This document shows, piece by piece, positions 6,638-13,577 of a stretch of 13,577 bases of DNA. Location of the stretch: assembly GCA_049699855.1 (NCBI GenBank), contig JBNAWM010000036.1, positions 1 through 13,577 of the forward strand, written 5' to 3'. The notes under the pieces are model-generated. The model saw only the letters and a list, made by a program, of their open reading frames with translations, made no database searches and was not told the DNA's origin. Made by a program: the position numbers and the translations under genes. Source of the DNA: Candidatus Cryosericum sp. (GTDB lineage Bacteria; Caldisericota; Caldisericia; Cryosericales; Cryosericaceae). Positions within the stretch are counted from its first letter, which is position 1. Each line of letters begins with the position of its first letter.

Positions 6638-9006
6638 GAATCCAAGGCACCGACTTGTTGCGTGACCACTACGACGTGATTGTCGTAGGCGCCGGACTTG
6701 GCGGAATGACAGCAGGAGCCCTTCTGGCAAAGCAGGGCCTGTCCGTCCTGATGATCGACCAGCAGGACCGCCCAGGCGGAGCGTGCACGTCGTTCAAGCG
6801 CGACGACATTGTGTATGACGTGGGAACCGCCATGATCTATGGCTTCGGCGAAACTGGCTTCAAGCCCTTCCGCTTCATCATGAACCAGCTCGAGGAGCCC
6901 ATCGACATCGTTGCACAGCCCACTCTGGCACGCATGACCATCGAAGGCAAGCAGGTCACCTTCTGGCCGGATTTGGAACAGTTCGAGGACGAGCTGGGCG
7001 ACATGTTCCCTGAGGAGCGCCAGGGCATCCACGACTTTTACCGCGACCTGTATGCGATGTATGAAAACATTGTTCTGCGCAACGAGGTCATCGTGCCGCC
7101 TTCCGAATTCTCGCCCCAGCAGGGACTGAGGAGTCTCATGAGCAGCCCAATTGGCATGCTCAAGATGCAGAAACTGCTCACGGTCAGTGTCCAGTCGCTG
7201 CTGGACAAGTATTTCCACACCAAGCCCATCATCGACTTCTTCGACAAGCTGTGCTCAGCCTATGACTACTGCACCGCAGCTGAGACGCCTGCCGTCCTGG
7301 CGGCTACCATGTTCCTCGACAACCACATCGGCGGCGTCTACTATCCCGCCGGCGGAGCCCAGAACCTGCCCAGCACCATTGAGAAAGCGTTTGAGCGCGA
7401 TGGCGGCCAGATGCTGTACCGCCAGAAAGTGGACGAGATCCTCATCGAGAATAATGCGGCCTACGGCGTGCGGCTCATGGACGGCACCGAGATCCGCGCG
7501 GGCCGCATCATTGCCGATGCAACCGTCTGGAATATCTACGGCAAGCTCGTACGGCCCGAACACATCGCACCCGAACGGCTCGCCTGGGTGCAGTCCCTCG
7601 TGCCCACCTACCCCAGCATGACGATGTACATGCTGGTGGATGCCGAAGCCCTGCCAGCGGACACCTATCCGTGGGAGATCTTTATCGAGAACCGGTCCGT
7701 CATCGACTCCTCCGACCTGACGCTTTACACCAACTCGCTGGTCGACCGGACGCTTGCGCCCGAGGGTCAGCTCGTCGTGCTGGCCATCGCGCCGAACATG
7801 CTGAAGTGGCCATCGCCAGACAGTCCAGACTACCGCTCGGAGGCCTACGAACAACAGAAGGCCCAGGAGAGCGAGCGCATGCTTGCGCAGATCGAAGCGC
7901 ACTTCCCCGGCTTCCGGGGCCATATCCGCACAATCATTTCGGCCACGCCCACGACCATTGAACGCTACCTGCTCAAGAACGGCGGCGCCGTCGGAGGGCC
8001 TAAGAACATGCTGGGCCAGCAGATGCTGAGGCGCCTGCACGCACGCAGTGAATGGAAGAACCTGTACTTCTGCGGCGATTCGACCGTGATGGGAACCGGC
8101 GCCCCGGCCACGGCCGTATCCGGCGTCGGAGCCGCCAACATGGTCCTGCGCGACCTGCACCGCCGCGAATATGACCGGCGCACCTTTGCCCGGCAGTACA
8201 TCAACTTCGTGCCCCTGCCCTACGACCGTCCGCGCTACGAGACGGGACAGAGCATCTCGGACGAAACAGCACCCCGCGCTGCGCGCCAGTGTCAGTGGTG
8301 TGAGAAACCTGACTGCGTGGCTGCCTGCCCAGCCCGCGTCGACATCCCCGGATTCCTTCGCCGCATGGAAGTCGGCAACATGGTCGGCGCTGCGCGCCTC
8401 ATCCGACAGGCCAATCCTTTGGCCGAAGTCTGCGGAACCCTCTGCGGTCCTGATGCCCCGTGCCAGCACGCCTGCTACCGCACGTCCTTCGCCGGCCAGC
8501 CCGTTCAGATCACGGAGCTTCAACGGTGGGTGTGCCAGACCACTGGCGCCGATGGCTGGCCTGCACGGGACACTGTCCCATCGGGCCGTCGGATCGCCGC
8601 GCTGGGTGGTGGCCCGGCCGCATTGACCGCTGCCTACTACCTGGCACTCTCCGGGGCCGAGATTGACATGTACGCACCCGAGGAGACTCCCGGGGGTCAG
8701 CTGATGCACGCCGACCTGCCCGAGGGTGCGCTTGAACGGGACATAGCTGGCATCATGGCAACCGGCATCCACTTCCACGGTGGTTTGCACGTAACCGGCG
8801 CGAGTGACCTTCTGGCCATCGCCGCCGACCATGACGCCGTGCTGGTGGCGGGGGAGCCCTGGCTTGCCCTGGACACCATTCTGCCTGCCCTTCCGGATCG
8901 CTGGAGCGCAATCTCGGAGTTCAAGGAAGGCCTGGCCACTGTTGTGGAAGCTGTTGCCGAAGGAAGGCGCGGAGCCCTGGCTGTCGAGCCGCGGCTGAAA
9001 GCCTGA
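6634..9006 (+). CDS. Phytoene desaturase/CrtISO-family FAD oxidoreductase fused to a GltD/dihydropyrimidine-dehydrogenase-type 2x[4Fe-4S] domain and a shortened Rossmann domain
   Basis: ATG 6634 overlaps the upstream stop (ATGA). N-terminal part has YDVIVVGAGLGG, YYPAGGAQ and NLYFCGDST. C-terminal part has CQWCEKPDCVAACP...NPLAEVCGTLC...CQHAC, then IAALGGGPAALTAAYYL and TVVEAVAEGRRGA. 790 aa. Confidence 0.88.
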   Translation: MRIQGTDLLRDHYDVIVVGAGLGGMTAGALLAKQGLSVLMIDQQDRPGGACTSFKRDDIVYDVGTAMIYGFGETGFKPFRFIMNQLEEPIDIVAQPTLARMTIEGKQVTFWPDLEQFEDELGDMFPEERQGIHDFYRDLYAMYENIVLRNEVIVPPSEFSPQQGLRSLMSSPIGMLKMQKLLTVSVQSLLDKYFHTKPIIDFFDKLCSAYDYCTAAETPAVLAATMFLDNHIGGVYYPAGGAQNLPSTIEKAFERDGGQMLYRQKVDEILIENNAAYGVRLMDGTEIRAGRIIADATVWNIYGKLVRPEHIAPERLAWVQSLVPTYPSMTMYMLVDAEALPADTYPWEIFIENRSVIDSSDLTLYTNSLVDRTLAPEGQLVVLAIAPNMLKWPSPDSPDYRSEAYEQQKAQESERMLAQIEAHFPGFRGHIRTIISATPTTIERYLLKNGGAVGGPKNMLGQQMLRRLHARSEWKNLYFCGDSTVMGTGAPATAVSGVGAANMVLRDLHRREYDRRTFARQYINFVPLPYDRPRYETGQSISDETAPRAARQCQWCEKPDCVAACPARVDIPGFLRRMEVGNMVGAARLIRQANPLAEVCGTLCGPDAPCQHACYRTSFAGQPVQITELQRWVCQTTGADGWPARDTVPSGRRIAALGGGPAALTAAYYLALSGAEIDMYAPEETPGGQLMHADLPEGALERDIAGIMATGIHFHGGLHVTGASDLLAIAADHDAVLVAGEPWLALDTILPALPDRWSAISEFKEGLATVVEAVAEGRRGALAVEPRLKA

Positions 9007-9045
9007 CAGAAAGCACAGCCGCTTGTGCTGGGGCAGGGGAACGAC

Positions 9046-9073
9046 GTGACGCCGCGGCAATCGGCGGTATACT
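9046..9073 (+). promoter_or_regulatory. Putative promoter giving a leaderless sbcD-sbcC-nurA transcript
   Basis: GTGACG (9046-9051), 16 nt, TATACT (9068-9073), 6 nt, ATG 9080. No SD before sbcD. Confidence 0.55.
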
Positions 9074-9079
9074 GAACGC

Positions 9080-10231
9080 ATGAGACTACTGCATACGGCC
9101 GACTGGCATGTCGGAAGCACGCTGGCTGGACTGGACAGGTTCGACGAGACAGGCAAGCTGCTGGATGAACTGTTTGCGGCGGCGCAGACCGAGAAGGTGG
9201 ATGCGGTCGTGGTGGCCGGTGACATCTTTGACAACCCGATGCCAGGAAACATCAGCCAGAAGCTGGTGTTCGATTTCTTTGCACGTCTGAGCGGAGCGGG
9301 TATCCGCGCCATCGTCCTGGCCGGCAATCACGACGGGCAGGTGTTCGTCCCCAGCAAGAGCCTGCTCAGCCTGGGAACGGCGTCCGTCTTCGAAAAGCCC
9401 TCGAGCGAGCAGTACCGGGTCGCGTTCCGCTCACGCGCAGACGAACCCGTGGTCGTCACCGCGCTTCCCTATCCGCATGAGCGCGTGGTCATGCGTCTCA
9501 ATGGTGCGGGTGACGATGTCCACGGCGACTACGCCAGCAGTGTCAGCACATTCATCCGCTGGCTGGCCGGCCAGATGGATCCATCGGACATCAACGTCTT
9601 CGCCGCTCACCTCATGGTCGGGGGAGCCCAGCTGACCGACACGGAGCGCCCGATGTCCGTCAGCCCCTTCTTTGCCATCCCCGCCCAGAATCTGCCCTCG
9701 CAGACGATGTACAACGCCCTCGGGCACGTGCATCGACATCAGCAGCTGGTTTCGGCGCCCGCGCGCTCGGAGTACTCGGGCAGTATCTTCCGCGTCAACT
9801 TCAGCGAAGAGGGGACAGCCAAGGGGTTCAACCTGGTGGACGCGGACACGAAGGGCAACCTCACCGTGCAGTTCTGTGAACTGAAATCGGCCGTAGAACT
9901 GCACAACGTGGATTGCACCCTCCAGGACTGGGTGGAGCGCCTTGAGCACACCCGGGGCAAGGGATACACCAAGGCACGCATCCGTGCGGATAATCCACCC
10001 TACAACCTGCAGGGCGAGATCCGGGCCGCCTGCCCATGGGTCGTCAAGGTGGAGTTCCTGCGCTCCGAGGCAGCAGCGACGACCAGACCGACCATCCAGG
10101 CCCTGGCCAGCACGTCCCTCGAAACGATCCAGTCCATGTACCGCGCCTATGGCGAAGATGTCAGCGACGACGTGATGAAGGTGGTTGGCGAGCTGTATCA
10201 AGAGGTGACCCATGCGGATACAGACGCTTGA
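9080..10231 (+). CDS. sbcD: SbcD/Mre11 metallophosphoesterase nuclease
   Basis: All five phosphoesterase motifs are present: LHTADWHVG, VAGDIFD, LAGNHD, AAH and LGHVHRHQ. Also YSGS...F.E. Overlaps the sbcC start by 20 nt. Confidence 0.95.
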   Translation: MRLLHTADWHVGSTLAGLDRFDETGKLLDELFAAAQTEKVDAVVVAGDIFDNPMPGNISQKLVFDFFARLSGAGIRAIVLAGNHDGQVFVPSKSLLSLGTASVFEKPSSEQYRVAFRSRADEPVVVTALPYPHERVVMRLNGAGDDVHGDYASSVSTFIRWLAGQMDPSDINVFAAHLMVGGAQLTDTERPMSVSPFFAIPAQNLPSQTMYNALGHVHRHQQLVSAPARSEYSGSIFRVNFSEEGTAKGFNLVDADTKGNLTVQFCELKSAVELHNVDCTLQDWVERLEHTRGKGYTKARIRADNPPYNLQGEIRAACPWVVKVEFLRSEAAATTRPTIQALASTSLETIQSMYRAYGEDVSDDVMKVVGELYQEVTHADTDA

Positions 10232-12866
10232 GGTCGAGAATTTTATGCCATTCCGGGCGCCCGTCACGCTGGACTTCAGCGACCTGTCGCTGTTTGCCAT
10301 TGTGGGCGAAACCGGGTCGGGCAAGTCCTCGGTCGTCGACGCCATCTGCTACGCCCTCTATGGACGCATTCCGCGCATCCGGACCGAGAATGGCCAGCGC
10401 GAGAACATTATCAGCCGTGGTGCGAAGCAATTTCATGTTGCGCTCTCGTTTGACCTTGGTGGGGCCGCCTATCGCATCGTGCGCCAGGGGACAACCATGC
10501 GCGAGGACGTGCAGGTCTTCAAGGACGGCGTCCAGCTGAGTCAGCTCCTCAAGAAGAAGGATGCCGACCGGTACATCGAAGAGGACCTCCTGCACATGAA
10601 CTTTGACATTTTCACGCGCATCATTGTCCTGCCACAGGGCCAGTTTGACCGTTTCCTCAAGCCGGATACGCCTCGTGCCCGACGGGATATCCTCATCTCG
10701 CTCCTGAGCCTGGACATCTATGAGCGCATCGGCAAGGCAGCCGGAGCGCATGCCAGCGCTCTGCTGGGCGAACTGTCAGGGCTGGACCGTGACCTGGCAG
10801 GCATCGATCAGAACAGCCTCGGCGATGAAGCCATGGAACTTCTTGAGCACACCATCCAGGGCGCGGAGAGCCACACGGTCCTGCTCGCCGAGCAATTGAA
10901 GGCGCAGGATCTGCAGCTGGCTGCCATGGAGCAGCAGCTTGCGAAAGCCCGCCAGCTCAAAGGCCTGCAAGAGCGGCTTGCAGAGTTGCATTCCAAGGCA
11001 GATACGGTGGACGGCCAGCGGAAGAGGCTTGCCACTGGCATAGCACTTGCCTCACTGCAGCCCTCGCTTGTGAGCTGGGCTCGCCTGGACGGCGAACTTG
11101 AGCACTTGAGGGCCCAGCATGAATCAGCATCTGCCGATGCTGCGAAGGCGCAGAAGCTCCTCGAGGCAGCGCAGGCAGCTCGCGCCGACACGTCTCTGCG
11201 CGCAAGCGAGGCCAGCTTCACCGAGAAACTGGAGGCGATCGCAAGCACCGTGACCCGCCTGAGTGAGCTCCAGCCATTCGCTGCTCGGTTGGACGAACTC
11301 CAGCACCGGATGGACGCCACCGCGGCCAAGGTGAAGGTCCTGGAGAGCAGTATGGCCAAGCTCGCCACCAGCATGCAAGCCGACGAAGAACAGCACGCCA
11401 AACTTGAACAGGTCCTTGAAGCAGCCCGCAGAAGAGCTGCAGAGGCAGAGGAAACGTTTGAACGGGCGCGCCAAAGCAACGCCGCCCTCGTCGTCCAGCA
11501 GGGACTGAAACCCGGCGACCCGTGCCCCGTGTGCGGCCACACCGTGGAACACCTTGTGCCCCATGCCGAGCATGCGGACTACAATCTGCTCAGGGAAGCG
11601 CGCGATGCTGCACGCGCAGCGGTCGAGCGCTGCCAGAGGGACCTGGCGGAACAGGAGAAGAAATCGGGCTCAGCCAGGGCCCGCCTGGATGAGCTGACAC
11701 GCCAGCAAGAAGAGCTCCAGCATAGTGACCAGGACGACCGCCGCGCGGCACACGAATTGACCCTGCGCCTGCTCATGGATCCCATGGTCGCCAAGGAAGG
11801 CAGCGGGGGTCCCGCAGCCTTCCTGCACGCCAGGATTGCGCAGCTGCGAGGACAGGAGACGTCCACGCGGACAGCCCAGAAGCTCCTGCTTGCCAGGCTC
11901 GAGGAACAGCGCGCAAAGGAGGAGGAGGCGCGCACGCTCCTCACGGAGGCTCAGACACGAGCTGCCACGCTTGCAGGCCAGCGCACGCAGGCGGAGACCC
12001 AGCGCGCAGCCCTTGAGCGTGACCTGCAGGCCCAGGCCGCCGCGCACGGATTTGCCTCCATCCAGCAGATGAGGACCGCTGTTCTTGGCAAGGAAGAGCT
12101 GGACGCGCTGCAGGCTTCGATCAACCAGTACGACCACGAGATTGCTGCCACCGCGGCCCAGGCAGAGATGCTCCAGCAGGAGCTCGGGCCGCGTCTGCCG
12201 TCGGAAGCAGATCTTGCGGAGGCACGCGCCGCAGAGGGCCGTACCGCTGCCGAACTCGCCCATGCACAAGAAGACCTGGGGACGGCCCGCCGCAGCAAGG
12301 ACGCCCTCCTCGCCCGCCGTGCCTTTCTTGCCGACCGCATCGCGCGCAGGGAACAGGCCACGCGCCTGCTCAGCACCTACCAGCAGGTCGCGCGCGACTT
12401 TGGGAGCAAGGGGATGGTGGCGTACGTGAGCGGCGGCATCCTCGAGCAGCTTCTGGTGAGCGCCAACGATCACCTGCGCGTGTTGAGCAAGGGACGGTTC
12501 GAGCTGCTCCTTGGCGAGGGAGACCAGATGATGGTGCAGGATTCGTTCAGCGCCTCTGGGCCACGTGATGTCGCCACGCTCTCGGGAGGAGAGACCTTCC
12601 TCGCCTCTCTTGCGCTGGCCCTTGCCGTCAAGGACTTGCTCTCCGTCAGCGTTGATCTGGACAGCTTCTTCATCGACGAGGGCTTTGGGACGCTGGACGA
12701 AACCACGGTGCAGGGTGTCGCGGACGTTCTGGAATCTCTGCGGCGCGACGGTTCGCTTGTCGGCATCATCACCCACCGGGCAGACCTTGTGGAACGCTTT
12801 GAAACCGTGCTCGAGGTGACCAGCCACAATGGTTCGGCACATATTGCGCGCCGGGAGACAGCCTGA
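10212..12866 (+). CDS. sbcC: SbcC/Rad50 SMC-like ATPase
   Basis: Walker A GETGSGKS, Q-loop LPQGQF, long coiled coils, central zinc hook CPVC (11523-11534), signature LSGGE, Walker B/D-loop FIDEGFGTLD and H-loop IITH. 884 aa. Confidence 0.95.
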   Translation: MRIQTLEVENFMPFRAPVTLDFSDLSLFAIVGETGSGKSSVVDAICYALYGRIPRIRTENGQRENIISRGAKQFHVALSFDLGGAAYRIVRQGTTMREDVQVFKDGVQLSQLLKKKDADRYIEEDLLHMNFDIFTRIIVLPQGQFDRFLKPDTPRARRDILISLLSLDIYERIGKAAGAHASALLGELSGLDRDLAGIDQNSLGDEAMELLEHTIQGAESHTVLLAEQLKAQDLQLAAMEQQLAKARQLKGLQERLAELHSKADTVDGQRKRLATGIALASLQPSLVSWARLDGELEHLRAQHESASADAAKAQKLLEAAQAARADTSLRASEASFTEKLEAIASTVTRLSELQPFAARLDELQHRMDATAAKVKVLESSMAKLATSMQADEEQHAKLEQVLEAARRRAAEAEETFERARQSNAALVVQQGLKPGDPCPVCGHTVEHLVPHAEHADYNLLREARDAARAAVERCQRDLAEQEKKSGSARARLDELTRQQEELQHSDQDDRRAAHELTLRLLMDPMVAKEGSGGPAAFLHARIAQLRGQETSTRTAQKLLLARLEEQRAKEEEARTLLTEAQTRAATLAGQRTQAETQRAALERDLQAQAAAHGFASIQQMRTAVLGKEELDALQASINQYDHEIAATAAQAEMLQQELGPRLPSEADLAEARAAEGRTAAELAHAQEDLGTARRSKDALLARRAFLADRIARREQATRLLSTYQQVARDFGSKGMVAYVSGGILEQLLVSANDHLRVLSKGRFELLLGEGDQMMVQDSFSASGPRDVATLSGGETFLASLALALAVKDLLSVSVDLDSFFIDEGFGTLDETTVQGVADVLESLRRDGSLVGIITHRADLVERFETVLEVTSHNGSAHIARRETA

Positions 12867-13577
12867 TGATTATTCGTCCCGACTACTGGCAAAGCGTCTA
12901 TACGGGTTCTACGGAGGTCACTTTGACTGATCAGAAGCGATCATACGAGGTCGTGCCAACGACCGAATGCCACGACCTCGATCACTGGGCGGCCGTGCGG
13001 GTGACCGATGCAGCGTTTGCAGAAGTCGAAACAGTCCGCGTCGCGTTTGTCGACGGCGTCCGCCGCATCGACATGCACGGCATCATCGACGGCAATCCGC
13101 CGTACTACGGCGTTTTTGGTTCGGTGGCTGCAGGCTGCATGCAGATGCACGGTTCCCGCGCCCATGATACGACGGAGGCACTCTGTGACGAGACCGTACG
13201 CCACTACTTTGTCACCAACGCACCCGACCCGGACATCACCGTGGTCAAGCTGACCAGCGACGTCTCCTGTCCGTTCGACATCACCTATGATATTCACAGC
13301 GCAGCAGGCCATGACCCCGCCGATTTCGGCCAGGAACTCAACAATCTCATGCAGGAGCTGGAACATGACGTCGCGCAAAAAGAGGTGGACCGCCCAGATG
13401 TCCAGGCAGTCGTGACGGACGGGCCCATCCCCTACGAACACCGTCTCGCTGCCGGCACGGGCAAGCTGGCAGGCATCATCAAAAACGTCCAGGAGGCGTA
13501 CCTGCCGCCTGCGCAGTTCGCCACTGTTCTGTCGCTGGGGGCCGCGCAGCGGACGCCCATCTTCGAGATCCGGTATG
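12866..13577 (+). CDS. nurA: NurA-family (RNase H-like) nuclease, partial (continues off the right edge)
   Basis: ATG 12866 shares a base with the sbcC stop (TGATG). The frame is open for 237 codons: MIIRPDYW...VAFVDGVRRID...FGSVAAG...LMQELEHDVA...VVTDGPI...AGIIKNVQEAYLP...LSLGAAQRTPIFEI. The DG, ELE, DGP, GIIK and RTPIF motifs match bacterial NurA as I recall it. Confidence 0.75.
   Translation, partial: MIIRPDYWQSVYTGSTEVTLTDQKRSYEVVPTTECHDLDHWAAVRVTDAAFAEVETVRVAFVDGVRRIDMHGIIDGNPPYYGVFGSVAAGCMQMHGSRAHDTTEALCDETVRHYFVTNAPDPDITVVKLTSDVSCPFDITYDIHSAAGHDPADFGQELNNLMQELEHDVAQKEVDRPDVQAVVTDGPIPYEHRLAAGTGKLAGIIKNVQEAYLPPAQFATVLSLGAAQRTPIFEIRY

Noticed and set aside
5072..9006. Calling these genes crtI/crtH of a carotenoid pathway
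   Set aside because: Only family-level motifs are visible and no other carotenoid genes are in the window, so the substrate cannot be assigned.
9012..9029. Hairpin AGCACA-N6-TGTGCT after the fused flavoprotein gene
   Set aside because: Short stem with no U-tract on the plus strand, so not supportable as a terminator.
7255..9327. 690-aa minus-strand ORF, and similar long antisense ORFs (585..1550, 3276..4253, 5051..5899, 9431..10345, 11670..12842)
   Set aside because: They lie antisense to well-supported genes, have no recognisable motifs, and are the expected shadow ORFs of GC-rich codon usage.
12941..13441. 166-aa minus-strand ORF offered by the track after sbcC
   Set aside because: Antisense shadow of the plus-strand NurA-like frame that starts at 12866.
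9080..13577. Anti-phage defence system (Wadjet/Lamassu-like SMC + nuclease)
   Set aside because: The ATPase has a Rad50 zinc hook and a canonical SbcD partner, and the context is housekeeping with no mobile or defence genes. Repair is the simpler reading, although a defence role cannot be excluded.

Overview
Bacterial chromosomal segment of about 60-65% GC by eye, with no mobile element, RNA gene or CRISPR array. The stalk-domain surface protein and the gene mix suggest an anaerobe such as Caldisericota/Cryosericum, but that is inference only. The left half (minus strand) carries a partial OmpR-family response regulator, a CE4 polysaccharide deacetylase lipoprotein, a secreted stalk-domain + phosphodiester glycosidase (NAGPA-like) protein, a DUF4282-like membrane protein, an N-terminally extended RadC/JAB protein and a nitroreductase. 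The right half (plus strand) carries two translationally coupled phytoene-desaturase/CrtISO-family flavoproteins, the second fused to a 2x[4Fe-4S] GltD/DPD-type module with a reduced flavin domain. These are followed by an sbcD-sbcC operon whose third gene, missing from the ORF track because it runs off the window, looks like a NurA nuclease, i.e. an archaeal-style Mre11-Rad50-NurA(-HerA?) end-resection cluster. Several genes appear to have leaderless promoters, and a PmrA/QseB-like direct repeat lies upstream of the response regulator.
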